From NCBI GenBank assembly GCA_944387895.1, contig CALXGQ010000006.1, positions 18,123-82,122 on the forward strand: 64,000 nt of DNA, in the 5' to 3' direction. This DNA comes from an uncultured Clostridia bacterium. Lineage in GTDB: Bacteria > Bacillota > Clostridia > Oscillospirales > QAKW01. The notes under the pieces were generated by a model. It searched no databases. It was not told the origin of the DNA and saw only the letters and a program-made list of their open reading frames with translations. A program made the position numbers and the translations under genes. This document shows, in pieces, positions 28,287-38,458 of this stretch; the first letter of the stretch is position 1, and every line of letters starts with the position of its first letter.

Positions 28287-28321
28287 GACTTATGATTAAA
28301 AATCCAAGGAGGAGAAGGAGC

Positions 28322-29698
28322 TTGAAGTGGATCACCCGGGACCGGTATTTTTATAAAACGGTCTTTACCCTTGCCATTCCGATCTCCCTGCAGGGTCTGA
28401 TTACCTTTTTAGTGGGCTTTGCCGATAACGTGATGATCGGGCAGCTTTACGACGAAGCGGTGTCCGGCGTCTATATCGGCGGGCAGATCCAGTTCCTGCT
28501 CCAGCAGCTGATGGTCGGGCTGGGGAGCGGGATGATGATCTTGTCCACCCAGTATTGGGGAAAAGGCGAGATGGAGCCGATCCGGCGGCTGCTGGGTCTG
28601 GTTTTGCGGATCGCAGGCTTTTGCGCGGCGGCGATCACGGCGGTTTCCTTTCTTCTGCCCCGCCAGGTGCTCTCCTTTTTCAGCAGCGATCCCGGCACCC
28701 TCAGCGAGGGCGCGGCCTATTTGCAGATCCTCTGCTGGAGCTTTCTCTTTTATGCCGTTGCCCAGATTCTGGTCTTTTCCATGCGCAGCGTGGAACAGGT
28801 GCGGATCGGGGTGGTGGCGTCGGCGATCGCGCTGGTGGTCAATATCCTGCTGAATAGTCTGCTGATTTTCGGGCTGTGGGGCTTCCCGGCTCTGGGCGTC
28901 CGCGGCGCGGCGATCGCCACGCTGATCGCGCGGATGGTGGAATGCACCGTTTTGATCGTTTATGTATTTCGTGTCGACCGGCGGCTGCAAATGCGGCTGG
29001 GGGACGTTTTTCGCTCCTCGGCGGGGATGCTGCGCCAGTATCTGCGCTATGGCCTCCCGGTGGCGGCCGGCGATCTGGTCTGGGCGGTCAACATCCTTTG
29101 CCAGACGGCGATCCTCGGCAGCTATTCTGCCCCCGGCGTGGCAACGGAAAGCGTCACCGCCGCCGCCAGCATCACCAACAACATCAACAATCTGATCTAC
29201 GTCTGGCTGAACGGGCTGTGGGGCGGGGTTTCCATTCTGATCGGCAAGACCATTGGCGAGGGGCGCCGGGACCGGGTGCGGGAATATGCGCGCACCTGCC
29301 AGATCATTTTTATCGGGATCGGCCTGCTTTCCGGCGCGCTGGTCTTTGGTTGCAGAGGGTTTTTCATTTCGCTGTATCAGGGCGTCAGCGCCGGGACCCG
29401 GGCGGTGGCCAATCAGTTTCTTTCGGTGCTCTCCGTTACCATCATCGGATCCTGCTATGAGGCCTGCTGCCTCGGATCGCTGGTCAAGGCGGGCGGCGAT
29501 ACCTCCTTTGTATTCAAAAACGATACCATCTTCGTCTTTCTGGTGGTGCTGCCGTCGGCAATCATCGCCAGCCGTCTTGGCGCGCCGGTCTGGGTGGTAT
29601 TTCTCTGCCTGAAGAGCGATCAGCTGCTCAAGTGTATCGTGGCGGCGGTCAAGGTGAACCGTTTCCGCTGGATCCGGGATCTGGCGGTCGGCGGTTAA
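28322..29698 (+). CDS. MATE family efflux transporter
   Basis: 12-TM protein with ...FTLAIPISLQGLITFLVGFADNVMIG... The TTG at 28322 is preceded by AAGGAGG. The ATG at 28292 lies 5 nt after the -10 box and is unlikely to be the start. Confidence 0.85.
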   Translation: MKWITRDRYFYKTVFTLAIPISLQGLITFLVGFADNVMIGQLYDEAVSGVYIGGQIQFLLQQLMVGLGSGMMILSTQYWGKGEMEPIRRLLGLVLRIAGFCAAAITAVSFLLPRQVLSFFSSDPGTLSEGAAYLQILCWSFLFYAVAQILVFSMRSVEQVRIGVVASAIALVVNILLNSLLIFGLWGFPALGVRGAAIATLIARMVECTVLIVYVFRVDRRLQMRLGDVFRSSAGMLRQYLRYGLPVAAGDLVWAVNILCQTAILGSYSAPGVATESVTAAASITNNINNLIYVWLNGLWGGVSILIGKTIGEGRRDRVREYARTCQIIFIGIGLLSGALVFGCRGFFISLYQGVSAGTRAVANQFLSVLSVTIIGSCYEACCLGSLVKAGGDTSFVFKNDTIFVFLVVLPSAIIASRLGAPVWVVFLCLKSDQLLKCIVAAVKVNRFRWIRDLAVGG

Positions 29699-29934
29699 AG
29701 ACAGGCCGGTTCCCTGCGCACCCAGATAACGTCGTCGCCGATCCTTTCCACGTCGCACCAGGGGACGCGCAGATCGCCGCGGTGGAAGAATCCGCCCCTG
29801 CGGCAGAGAATCAGCGATTCGATCTGGCCGCAGTCGCAGCGGATGATAAAATCCTTCGGGTAGCCCAGCTTTTTTCCGCTGCAGGCCACGATCACTTCCT
29901 TTTCCTTCAGGCATTCAAAAGTCAGTTCCATCAT
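29695..29934 (-). CDS. YlmC/YmxH-family PRC-barrel sporulation protein
   Basis: About 80 aa. ...LKEKEVIVACSGKKLGY..DFIIRCDCGQIESLI... fits the YlmC/YmxH pattern. GGGAGG RBS upstream of the ATG at 29934. Confidence 0.7.
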   Translation of the reverse strand: MMELTFECLKEKEVIVACSGKKLGYPKDFIIRCDCGQIESLILCRRGGFFHRGDLRVPWCDVERIGDDVIWVRREPACL

Positions 29935-29984
29935 CGTAAACCTCCCGGTTGATTTCAATATAATTTATGAAAGGACGACAGGTA

Positions 29985-30536
29985 ATGAATACAGAATTTA
30001 AAAATCAGGCATACGCCGCCGCAAAGGAGCTGATTGCGCTGAGCGGGCTGAAGGCCGGCGGGCTTTTGGCGGTAGGATGCTCCTCCAGCGAGATCGCAGG
30101 CGAAAAGATCGGCACCCATTCCGCCCCCGAGGTGGGTCGGCAGGTGGCCGAAGGGATCCTGGCAGCCTGCCGGGAAGCGGGGGTCTATCTGGCCGCCCAG
30201 TGCTGCGAGCATCTTAATCGTGCGCTGATTGTGGAGCGGGCGGTGGCGGAGCAGCGGGGCTATTCCGTTGTCAACGCGGTGCCGCAGCCCAAGGCGGGCG
30301 GATCCTTTGCCGCGGCTGTCTACCAGCTTTTCCGGGATCCGGTCGCGGTGGAACACGTTGCCGCCGAGGCGGGGCTGGATATCGGCGGAACGCTGATCGG
30401 GATGCACCTCAAAGAGGTGGCGGTGCCCTGCCGGCTGCAGCAGGATAAAATCGGCAACGCCCGGCTGCTGGCGGCCCGCACCCGCCCTAAATTCATCGGG
30501 GGCGAGCGGGCGCAGTATGACGACCGCCTGCTTTGA
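29985..30536 (+). CDS. TIGR01440 / UPF0340 (YwlG-like) family protein
   Basis: LLAVGCSSSEI.GEKIG...YLAAQCCEHLNRALIVER... is characteristic. The track start at 29967 lies 4 nt after a TATAAT box, so the ATG at 29985 is preferred. Confidence 0.7.
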   Translation: MNTEFKNQAYAAAKELIALSGLKAGGLLAVGCSSSEIAGEKIGTHSAPEVGRQVAEGILAACREAGVYLAAQCCEHLNRALIVERAVAEQRGYSVVNAVPQPKAGGSFAAAVYQLFRDPVAVEHVAAEAGLDIGGTLIGMHLKEVAVPCRLQQDKIGNARLLAARTRPKFIGGERAQYDDRLL

Positions 30537-30562
30537 TCCGCAACGAAAACCAAAGGACGGCA

Positions 30563-30616
30563 AAAGCCCCTCCTGCGGCAGCCTGATTTTCAGGCTGCCG
30601 CAGGAGGGGCTTTTTT
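30563..30616. terminator. Long bidirectional terminator
   Basis: About 22-bp perfect stem AAAAGCCCCTCCTGCGGCAGCCTGA / TCAGGCTGCCGCAGGAGGGGCTTTT. Confidence 0.85.
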
Positions 30617-30674
30617 ATGGGCAGCGGGCGGCATTGCCGCCCGCGCTTTCCTTTTGACGGCGCCCCGGGCGGGG

Positions 30675-32435
30675 TCAGCTGCGGGATGCGGAGGATTTTT
30701 CCTCCTGCTCCGGGAGCTTCGGCTCCACCAGAACGGAATAATAATTGTCGTAGACCACCATGCCGGGGCGGGCGCCGTTCGGCTTGCGGACATGGGAAAC
30801 GGGGCAGTAATCCACCTCCACCTTCGGCGCGTTTTTTCCCTTGCTGTAGTAGGCGCAGATGGAGGCCGCTTCCAGAATGGTCTGATCGTCGATCTCCTCC
30901 CGTCCGCCGCGGACGATCAGCACGTGGGCGCTGTGGATATTCTTGGCGTGGAGCCAAAGATCGTCCTTCCGGGAGAGCTTGACGGTAAGCTGATCGTTTT
31001 GGATGTTGTTGCGGCCGGCCAGAATGGTAAAGCCGGAGGAAGAAAGAAACTTCCGGGGCCCCGCCGCGGCTGCCGGGCGGGCAGCGCCCTTCCGGCGGTT
31101 TTTGCAGAAGCCTGTTCGGATCAGTTCCTCTCGGATCTGATCCACGTCGGCGGAGGTTTCGCAGTCGCAGAGGCTGAGGAAAACGCTGTCCAGATAGGAG
31201 AGATCCTCCCGGTTCTGGCGGATCAGATCGGCCACGACCCGGGCGGAGGTTTTCGCCTTGCTGTATTTTTTGAAATAGAGCTGGGCGTTTTGCTGGGGGT
31301 TTTTGTCCGGCCGGAGGGGGATGGTGAAGGGGGCGCAGTTGTCGTAGTAGTTTTCCACGGTGATGGAGGTCATGCCGGTTTTGATCTGGTGCAAATTGCT
31401 TTGGAGCAGCTCGCCGCAGATCCGGTAATGATCGGCTTTTTTCCCTTCCTCCAGCTCCTTTTCCCGCACCCGCATGGTGCGCTCGATGCGGGCGGCGGTA
31501 CGGGTCAGCAGCAGCTCCACGTCCCGGGTTTTCTGCCGGAGCCGCACGCTTTCGGCGCTTTTTTCATAATAATCTTCGATCAGCGCCACCGGCGACGGAT
31601 AGGAGGCCGTTTCGGCGGAGGGGCCGTATTGGCCGATCGGCATGAAGGAAAAGTCCAGCCATTTCCCGCTGCCCTTTTCCCGTACGGCGGTTGGCTGGCA
31701 GCGATGGGCGGCCAGCCCCTCCGCCGCCTGCTCCAGCGCGTCGGAAAGCCTGTTTTTCTGATTGGGCGTCAGGTCGTTGGCAGGGGGGTCGATCCTGCCT
31801 GCGCTCTGAAAGGCCAGCTCCCGCGCCACGATGGGCGAGATGCCGCTGTAGGTATCCATGATCGCCTTCCATAGGGGCTTATCGGTGGCCGTGAGGAGCG
31901 CCAGATCGGCGGCGCAGGCCTCGGAAAAGATTTTTTTGTCCTGGGGCAGGATCGGTTCGTATTTCAGGCCGGGCAGAATCTGCCGGCCGGCGGTGACGTC
32001 CACGTGCCGGATGGCTTCGATGATCTTCCGATCCTCATCCATCAGGATCAGCTGGGAGGTCCGCCCCAGGATCTCCAGAACCAGGAATTTCCGCACCGGC
32101 TCAAAAAAATCGTTTTTTCCGGTAAACTCTATAAATACCGCCCGCTCAAAGGAGGGCATGAAAACCCGCTCGACCCGCGCCCCGGTGAGGTGCTTGCGCA
32201 GCACCATGCAAAAAAGAGGGGGCTGGGCGGGGTTTTCCGCCTCCTTTTCGGTGAGGGTGATCCGGGCGCAGCTGGGGGTGCAGCAGAAGAGCAGCCGGAG
32301 GCGCTGGGCGGGCGTCCGCAGATGGATCAACAGCTCATCCTTGCCGGGCTGATAGATCTTTTCTACCCGGGCGCCGGCTGTCTTTTCGTTGATCTCCCGG
32401 GTCAGATGGGTTAAAAAACAAGCGTCAAGTGCCAT
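30675..32435 (-). CDS. rqcH: Ribosome quality control factor RqcH (NFACT / FbpA family)
   Basis: 586 aa. MALDACFLTHLTREI...RVEKIYQPGKDELLIHL N-terminus, a coiled-coil middle and a C-terminal NFACT-R domain (HAKNIHSAHVLI). Confidence 0.88.
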   Translation of the reverse strand: MALDACFLTHLTREINEKTAGARVEKIYQPGKDELLIHLRTPAQRLRLLFCCTPSCARITLTEKEAENPAQPPLFCMVLRKHLTGARVERVFMPSFERAVFIEFTGKNDFFEPVRKFLVLEILGRTSQLILMDEDRKIIEAIRHVDVTAGRQILPGLKYEPILPQDKKIFSEACAADLALLTATDKPLWKAIMDTYSGISPIVARELAFQSAGRIDPPANDLTPNQKNRLSDALEQAAEGLAAHRCQPTAVREKGSGKWLDFSFMPIGQYGPSAETASYPSPVALIEDYYEKSAESVRLRQKTRDVELLLTRTAARIERTMRVREKELEEGKKADHYRICGELLQSNLHQIKTGMTSITVENYYDNCAPFTIPLRPDKNPQQNAQLYFKKYSKAKTSARVVADLIRQNREDLSYLDSVFLSLCDCETSADVDQIREELIRTGFCKNRRKGAARPAAAAGPRKFLSSSGFTILAGRNNIQNDQLTVKLSRKDDLWLHAKNIHSAHVLIVRGGREEIDDQTILEAASICAYYSKGKNAPKVEVDYCPVSHVRKPNGARPGMVVYDNYYSVLVEPKLPEQEEKSSASRS

Positions 32436-32436
32436 T

Positions 32437-33189
32437 TCAAAGGATCTCCATAGGGGGTTTTCTTTTCGCGATCAGAAAGGAAAGGCCGGGGAAGGCTTTT
32501 TCCAGCGCCGCGGCCAGCGGGGGCAGAACGATGGCTTCGGTTTCATAGTGACCGAAAATCAGCAGGTTGACGCCAAGCTCCTGCGCCAGCAGAAGATGGT
32601 GGTGCTTTGCCTCGCCGGTCACAAAGGTATCGCAGCCCAGCGCCGCCGCCTCCTCCAGAAGTCCGCCGCCGCTGCCGCCCACAACGGCGATCCTGCTTAC
32701 GGTTTCTCGGCAGCGCACGCCGGTGCAAAGGGCTGCCGGGAGGCGGTTTTTGAGCCGCTCCACCAGGGCGGAAAGGGTGGTGGAGCAGGCGCCGAGCCAG
32801 CCGAAGCCGCCGAAGGGCTCCGGGCTGCTGATGCCGCAGGCTGCCGCCAGGCAGGTATTAACGCCGCCTTCGGCGGCATCCAGATTGGTATGGCAGGCGA
32901 TATGGGCGATCCCGCTCTCGGCAAGCAGCAGGGCGCGGCGCCCCTCCGGGGTATCGCCGGTGATCCGGCTGACCGGGGAGAGAAAGAGCGGATGATGGGT
33001 GATAATCAGCTGGCATCCCGCCGCGGCGGCCGCGGCGATTACATCTTCCGTGACGTCCATGGCCAGCAGAACCTTTTCGGCCGGGCGGTCGCTCCAGCCC
33101 ACGTTCAGGCCGGGATTGTCCCAGCTCTCCGCCAGATCAAAGGGGCAGTAGGTATTCAAAAACAGGTAGATATCGTGAATGGTCGTCAT
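32437..33189 (-). CDS. Nif3-like dinuclear metal centre protein (YqfO family)
   Basis: ...AESWDNPGLNVG..., IITHHPLF and GHYETE motifs. Adjacent to trmK as in Bacillus yqfN-yqfO. Confidence 0.85.
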   Translation of the reverse strand: MTTIHDIYLFLNTYCPFDLAESWDNPGLNVGWSDRPAEKVLLAMDVTEDVIAAAAAAGCQLIITHHPLFLSPVSRITGDTPEGRRALLLAESGIAHIACHTNLDAAEGGVNTCLAAACGISSPEPFGGFGWLGACSTTLSALVERLKNRLPAALCTGVRCRETVSRIAVVGGSGGGLLEEAAALGCDTFVTGEAKHHHLLLAQELGVNLLIFGHYETEAIVLPPLAAALEKAFPGLSFLIAKRKPPMEIL

Positions 33190-33851
33190 AACATGGCCCT
33201 CCTGATGGATTGCAGCAGCGTTTCCGCCGCTTTGATGCGTGCCGGATCGGGAGATCGGGCAGAGCGCAGCCCTGCCAGCGCCGCCGCCGTCCGGCGTTCT
33301 TCCCTTTCCAGATAGGGAAGATAAAGGGGATCGCCGCGGTGCATCCCGAAATAATCGGCGGGATAGGGCACGCCGGTTTTCCGGGCGGTGAAGGCCCGGT
33401 AGAATTTTTCGTCCTCCCGGGCGAGAACCCCCTGTTCGACGGCATAGCCTGCGGCGGCAAGAAAGTCCAGCAGCTCATAAATGGCGCTCATCGGCTGCAA
33501 AATCCAGAGGGGCGGCTCGACCGGCGCTTCGCCGAGGATCTGCCGGATGGCCTCTCCGCCCATTCCGGCGATGGAAACGGCGGTCAGGCGGGTCAGCACG
33601 TCTTTGGGGACGTCCCGCAGCCCGTCGGAAAGAAAAAGGGGGATTTGCGCGGCCATGCCCAGCCCGCCGAGCTGCTTTTTGGCGGCCTGCAGAGGGCCTT
33701 CCCGCAGGTCGGAGGCAAAGGCTTCGGCCAGCCGGCCGGAGCGGAGCCCTTCCGCAGGAAGCTTGCAGTGGTCGGTGCCGACGTCCAGCAGGACGCTGCC
33801 CTCGGGCACCAGGGAGAGCACCGTCTGCAGGCGATTGTCCAGTAAACTCAT
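33186..33851 (-). CDS. trmK: tRNA (adenine22-N1)-methyltransferase
   Basis: LLDVGTDHCKLP...ASDLREGPL...IAGMGGE motifs typical of TrmK/YqfN. Confidence 0.82.
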   Translation of the reverse strand: MSLLDNRLQTVLSLVPEGSVLLDVGTDHCKLPAEGLRSGRLAEAFASDLREGPLQAAKKQLGGLGMAAQIPLFLSDGLRDVPKDVLTRLTAVSIAGMGGEAIRQILGEAPVEPPLWILQPMSAIYELLDFLAAAGYAVEQGVLAREDEKFYRAFTARKTGVPYPADYFGMHRGDPLYLPYLEREERRTAAALAGLRSARSPDPARIKAAETLLQSIRRAML

Positions 33852-34762
33852 GGTTCCTCCATTTCCCCCAATACGTTGATGATATGGGCAAAAACCTGCG
33901 GGCTTTCCTTTTCCCGCAGGATCTCATGACGCATACCGGGGAAAAGGATCGCGGTAGTGGGGTAGCCCTTGCCGCGGATCAGATCCACGGTCTTTTGGAA
34001 ATTTTTCAAACCGCCGTGGCAGGGATCCTCCGTTCCGGAAAGAAGATGGACCGGCAGTGCAGGGTGGCGCAGCGCCCAGCCGCGCCGGGAATAAGCCTCC
34101 TGCATCAGCGCCATCAGCGCCCGGAACCCGTTGAGGGTAAAGCAGAAGCCGCAGAGCGGGTCGGCGTCGTAGGCGGCGACGTTTTCCTCGTTGCAGGAGA
34201 TCCACTGATGGGGCGACGCGGGATGGGGAATCGCGCGGTTGAAGGCGCCCGTCACCAGCCTGTTGACGGTGGTGGAGCGGTACCGGTCGCCGTGGATCCG
34301 GATCTTCAGCGCGATAAAGGCCCGCCCCGCCGCAATGGCCGCCGGCGCCGCATAGGGCGTTCCGCAGAGGAAGAGGCCGTCCAGCGCGTCGTCGTATCTT
34401 TTCAGATAGCAGCGGGCGATCAGGCTGCCCATGCTGTGGCCGAAAAGGTAGAGAGGCAGCCCGGGAAATTTATCCCGCGCCAGCCGGGAAACCTCCCGGG
34501 CGTCGGCGATCAGCCCTTCTGCGCCGGCGGCGCCGAAATGCCCGGTTAGAGGGCAACTTCCATGCCCGCGGTGGTTATGGATGACGGTGGCGTATCCCGC
34601 TTCGGCCAGCGCCGTCATCACGCCGGTATAGCGCCCCTTGTGCTCCGCCATGCCGTGCAGGAACTGAACCACGCCTTTCGGCGCGTCCGGATAGAGATAC
34701 GTTCCCTCCAGCGAAATCCCGTCGGCCGGGGAGGGGAAATGGAAGTCTTTTTGCTTCACCAC
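33848..34762 (-). CDS. Alpha/beta hydrolase (lysophospholipase / monoacylglycerol-lipase-like)
   Basis: HGMAEHKGRY and nucleophile elbow GHSMGS. 304 aa. Overlaps trmK by 4 nt. Confidence 0.8.
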   Translation of the reverse strand: MVKQKDFHFPSPADGISLEGTYLYPDAPKGVVQFLHGMAEHKGRYTGVMTALAEAGYATVIHNHRGHGSCPLTGHFGAAGAEGLIADAREVSRLARDKFPGLPLYLFGHSMGSLIARCYLKRYDDALDGLFLCGTPYAAPAAIAAGRAFIALKIRIHGDRYRSTTVNRLVTGAFNRAIPHPASPHQWISCNEENVAAYDADPLCGFCFTLNGFRALMALMQEAYSRRGWALRHPALPVHLLSGTEDPCHGGLKNFQKTVDLIRGKGYPTTAILFPGMRHEILREKESPQVFAHIINVLGEMEEP

Positions 34763-34885
34763 AGGCGGTCACCTCTTTTCTGCTACTGATTATAACAAAA
34801 TTTGGGCGGAACTTCAAGTTTTTATTGCAATCAATGAGCAGAATGTGGTATACTTACAATAATTGATATGAAGAAGGAGAGAGCT

Positions 34886-35605
34886 ATGGGCGTTTCGATC
34901 TTGGGCTTGTCTGTTCAGAACGTAACAATGGAGCAGGCTGTAAACGATGTTTACGGTTTTTTTGGGGCACGCGCCAGTAAAATCGTTGTGACGCCCAATG
35001 CGGAGATTCTTCAGATGTTTCATCGGGATCCGGCGGTGCGGGAGGCTCTGCTTCAGGCCGACTATGTGGTGCCGGACGGCGTGGGCGTGCTGATGGCCGC
35101 CAAGCGGCTGGGCACGCCGCTGAAGGAGAAGGTCGCCGGGATCGAGCTGGCGACGCATCTGCTGGAGCGGTCGGCGGCGGAAGGAAAGCGGGTCTACTTT
35201 CTCGGCGCCCGGCCGGGGGTCGCGGAGGCGGCGAAGCGCCGGATGGAAGAAAAACTGCCCGGGCTTCAGATCGTCGGCCTGCGGGACGGATATTTCAAGC
35301 CGGAGGAAGAGCCGGAGATCATCGCGGAAATCAACCGTCTGGACGTGGATATGCTGTTCGTCTGCCTGGGGGCGCCCCGGCAGGAGCTTTGGATGGCGAA
35401 GAACCGGCCGGCGCTGAAGATCGGCGTCATGCTGGGTCTGGGCGGCACGCTGGACGTGCTGGGCGAAAATGTCCGGCGTGCGCCCCGCTGGATGATCAGG
35501 CTGCGGCTGGAATGGCTTTACCGCATCGCCATGGAGCCGAAGCGGATCAGCCGGGTAGCCAGGCTGCCCTTCTTCCTCATGAGCATCAAAAAGGAAAAAA
35601 AATAA
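34886..35605 (+). CDS. WecB/TagA/CpsF family glycosyltransferase
   Basis: ILGLSVQNVTMEQAV...VVTPNAEI...VVPDGVGV...FLGARPGVAE...VCLGAPRQE. GAAGGAGAG RBS upstream of the ATG at 34886. Confidence 0.82.
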   Translation: MGVSILGLSVQNVTMEQAVNDVYGFFGARASKIVVTPNAEILQMFHRDPAVREALLQADYVVPDGVGVLMAAKRLGTPLKEKVAGIELATHLLERSAAEGKRVYFLGARPGVAEAAKRRMEEKLPGLQIVGLRDGYFKPEEEPEIIAEINRLDVDMLFVCLGAPRQELWMAKNRPALKIGVMLGLGGTLDVLGENVRRAPRWMIRLRLEWLYRIAMEPKRISRVARLPFFLMSIKKEKK

Positions 35606-35628
35606 AAGGCGGCGGTGCCGCCTTTTTC
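35605..35628 (+). terminator. Short hairpin plus T-run between the tagA-like gene and thyX (weak terminator or attenuator)
   Basis: GGCGGC-GGT-GCCGCC followed by TTTTT. Confidence 0.4.
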
Positions 35629-35644
35629 AGCAAGGAGAAGGAAA

Positions 35645-36376
35645 ATGGGAGAAGCAAATATGCGGGTCCGGCTGCTGAGCCATACGCCGGACGCCGAAAA
35701 AATCGTTGCGGCGGCGGCGAAGCTCTGCTATGCCAGAGCAGATATCGATACGGTTTTGGACGGTTTGAGCGCGGAAAAGGTGGAGAGCTTTTTGGAGATG
35801 CTTTCCTCCATGGGGCATGAGAGCCCGATCGAACATATCAGCTTCACCTTCGGGATCGAAAACGTGTCCCGGGCGCTGCTGGCGCAGATCACCCGGCACC
35901 GGCACGCCTCGTTCAGCGTGCAGAGCCAGCGCTATGTGGCGGAGGACGGCTTTGCCTATGTGGTGCCGCCGGCCATAGCGGCCAATCCGGAGGCGATGGC
36001 GCTGTATACGGACACGATGGAAGAGCTTTCCGCGCGGTATACCCGGATGACGGCGCTGCTGATGGAAGGCGCGGGGGGCGCGGATCAGAAAAAAGCGATC
36101 GAGGACGCCCGCTTTCTGCTGCCCAACGGCTGCACGACCAAGATGATGGTAACGATGAACGCTCGCAGCCTGCTGAATTTTTTCCGGCTGCGCTGCTGCA
36201 ACCGGGCGCAGTGGGAGATCCGGGAGCTGGCCACGCGGATGCTGTTTGCGGTGCGGGAGGTCTGCCCCACGATATTCCGGCTGGCCGGCCCGCCCTGCGT
36301 GCGGGGCAACTGCCCGGAGGGGAAAATGTCCTGCGGGCGGATGCAGGAAATGCGGGAAAAATTTCTGGGAGCGTAG
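35645..36376 (+). CDS. thyX: FAD-dependent thymidylate synthase
   Basis: The ThyX motif RHRHASFSVQSQRY is present. AAGGAGAAGG RBS upstream of the ATG at 35645. Confidence 0.92.
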   Translation: MGEANMRVRLLSHTPDAEKIVAAAAKLCYARADIDTVLDGLSAEKVESFLEMLSSMGHESPIEHISFTFGIENVSRALLAQITRHRHASFSVQSQRYVAEDGFAYVVPPAIAANPEAMALYTDTMEELSARYTRMTALLMEGAGGADQKKAIEDARFLLPNGCTTKMMVTMNARSLLNFFRLRCCNRAQWEIRELATRMLFAVREVCPTIFRLAGPPCVRGNCPEGKMSCGRMQEMREKFLGA

Positions 36377-36379
36377 AAA

Positions 36380-37063
36380 ATGGGCAGATTGTTGGTGATA
36401 GACGGGCTGGACGGAAGCGGCAAGGGTACCCATTCCAAGCTGGTGACCGCCCGGCTCAATGAGCTGGGCTTTCCGGCGATGCGGATCTCCTTTCCGGACT
36501 ATGAATCGCCCTCCAGCGCGCTTTTGCAGATGTATCTGCATGGGGAGTTCGGCTCCCGGGCGGAGGACGTCAACGCATATGCGGCGTCGGTTTTCTTTGC
36601 CGCCGACCGCTTTGCCGGGTTCCGGACAAAATATCAGAAGCTTTATGACGAGGGCGTGATCCTGGTGGCGGATCGGTATACCACCTCCAATATCGTGCAC
36701 CAGACGAGCAAGCTGCCGGAATCGGAGTGGGATGCGTTTGTGGCCTGGCTTTCGGATTTTGAATACAATAAGCTGGGTCTGCCCCGGCCCGACGGCGTGA
36801 TTTATCTGGACATGCTTCCGGAAATCTCTCAGCGGCTGATCGAGCGCCGCTACCGGGGCGATCTTTCCAAAAAGGATATCCATGAGCTGGACGTCGGCTA
36901 TCTGGAAAACAGCCGGCGCTGCGCGCTTTATGTGGGCAAGCGCCTTGGCTGGCATATCACTCCGATGTACGACGCCTCCGGGGAGCCCCGCAGCAAGCAG
37001 GAAAATTTTGAAATCATTTTCGATCAGATTAAAAAAGAGGTGTATGATGACCTTGGACTTTAA
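36380..37063 (+). CDS. tmk: Thymidylate (dTMP) kinase family protein
   Basis: P-loop VIDGLDGSGKGT and DRY motif (VADRYTTSN). Immediately downstream of thyX. Confidence 0.8.
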   Translation: MGRLLVIDGLDGSGKGTHSKLVTARLNELGFPAMRISFPDYESPSSALLQMYLHGEFGSRAEDVNAYAASVFFAADRFAGFRTKYQKLYDEGVILVADRYTTSNIVHQTSKLPESEWDAFVAWLSDFEYNKLGLPRPDGVIYLDMLPEISQRLIERRYRGDLSKKDIHELDVGYLENSRRCALYVGKRLGWHITPMYDASGEPRSKQENFEIIFDQIKKEVYDDLGL

Positions 37064-37913
37064 AATTCCGGAACTTTCCCAGAAGGCAACGGTGGATCGG
37101 GCGTCAAGGGCGGAGGATATGCGGATCTGCGATCAGACCTTCGGGAATCTGTTTTGCTGGTCCGCGTGCTACGACGCGCGCCTGGCGGTAGCCGGGGATA
37201 GCTTTGTCGCCCGGTGGGGCGATCGGTATGCGATCCCGGTCGGCCCGGAGAAGCAGGCGCTCACCGAGCAGCTTCTGGCGGAGGGCGCCACCCGTTTTCT
37301 GGGCGTCGACAGCCGCTGCAGGGAATGGCTGGAGCATACCTTTCCCGGCCGGTTCTCCTTCCGGGAGCGGCGCAACAGCGCCGACTATATTTACGACCGG
37401 GACGCGCTGGAAACGCTGGTGGGGAAAAAGCTGGCGGCCAAGCGGAACCACATCAATTATTTTGAGCAGAACCACCGGTGGGAAACCCGCCCTTTGAGTG
37501 AAGACAATCTGGAGGAGGTTCTGGCCTTCAGCGCCCAATGGTGCGAAAAGAACGACTGTCTGCACGACGTTTCCCTGGCCCGGGAGGGCTGCGCGGTCCG
37601 GCGGGGACTGCGGCATTTCAGGGAGCTGGGCTATACCGGCATGGTGCTGTATGCGGAGGGCGCGATCTGCGCGTTTACCTATGGGGAGCCGATGGGCAAG
37701 GCCGGGTTCTGCGTCCATGCGGAAAAGGCCGAGGCGGAGCTGCGGGGCGCTTATCCGATGATCAACCGGGAATTTGTGCGCAGCCTGCCCCCGGCGGTGC
37801 GGTGGATCAACCGGGAGGACGACGCGGGCGACGAAGGCCTGCGCCGGGCAAAGCTCAGCTATCAGCCCAGCGAGCTGCTGATGAAGTATGAAGCGGAGGT
37901 AATGCAAGGATGA
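37044..37913 (+). CDS. DUF2156-type (lysyl-PG synthase C-terminal-like, GNAT fold) protein
   Basis: ...FGNLFCWS..Y...........YIYDRDALETLVGKKLAAKRNHINYF... pattern. AAGAGG RBS upstream of the ATG at 37044. The track start at 36882 lies inside tmk. Confidence 0.6.
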   Translation: MMTLDFKIPELSQKATVDRASRAEDMRICDQTFGNLFCWSACYDARLAVAGDSFVARWGDRYAIPVGPEKQALTEQLLAEGATRFLGVDSRCREWLEHTFPGRFSFRERRNSADYIYDRDALETLVGKKLAAKRNHINYFEQNHRWETRPLSEDNLEEVLAFSAQWCEKNDCLHDVSLAREGCAVRRGLRHFRELGYTGMVLYAEGAICAFTYGEPMGKAGFCVHAEKAEAELRGAYPMINREFVRSLPPAVRWINREDDAGDEGLRRAKLSYQPSELLMKYEAEVMQG

Positions 37914-38458
37914 AAACAGTTTATATTTTACTGGCGGAAGGCTTTGAGGAGCTGGAAACCATCGCGCCGGCGGATCTTCTGCGCCGGGCGGGCGCGGAGG
38001 TGAAGCTGGTTTCGGTGAACGGAGCTGCTGCCGTCCGGGGCGCCCGGGGCGTCACGATGGCGGCAGATCTGCCGATGGCGGAGCTGGATTTCAACGCCAT
38101 GGATATGGTGGTGCTGCCCGGTGGCTATCCGGGCTATGAAAATCTGGGAAAAAGCCCGGAGGTCGCGGCGCTGCTCCGGCGGGCAAACGACGCCGGAAAA
38201 TGGATCGCCGCCATCTGCGGGGCGCCTTCGGTTCTGGGCGGCCTGGGGCTGCTTAAGGGGCGGAGCGCCACCTGCTATCCCGGAATGGAGGAAACGCTGG
38301 AAGGGGCGCAGGTGCTGACCGATCCGGTTGTGGAAAGCGAAAACATCATCACCTCCCGGGGCGCCGGAACCGCGGTGGATTTTGCGCTGGCGCTGGTGGC
38401 GCGGGTGGCTTCTCCTGAAAAAGCGGCGGAGATCGCCCGGGGAATCGTATACGCATGA
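37910..38458 (+). CDS. DJ-1/PfpI (ThiJ) family protein
   Basis: 182 aa. LAEGFEELE...VLPGG...AAICGAPSVL (nucleophile Cys elbow). Confidence 0.85.
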   Translation: MKTVYILLAEGFEELETIAPADLLRRAGAEVKLVSVNGAAAVRGARGVTMAADLPMAELDFNAMDMVVLPGGYPGYENLGKSPEVAALLRRANDAGKWIAAICGAPSVLGGLGLLKGRSATCYPGMEETLEGAQVLTDPVVESENIITSRGAGTAVDFALALVARVASPEKAAEIARGIVYA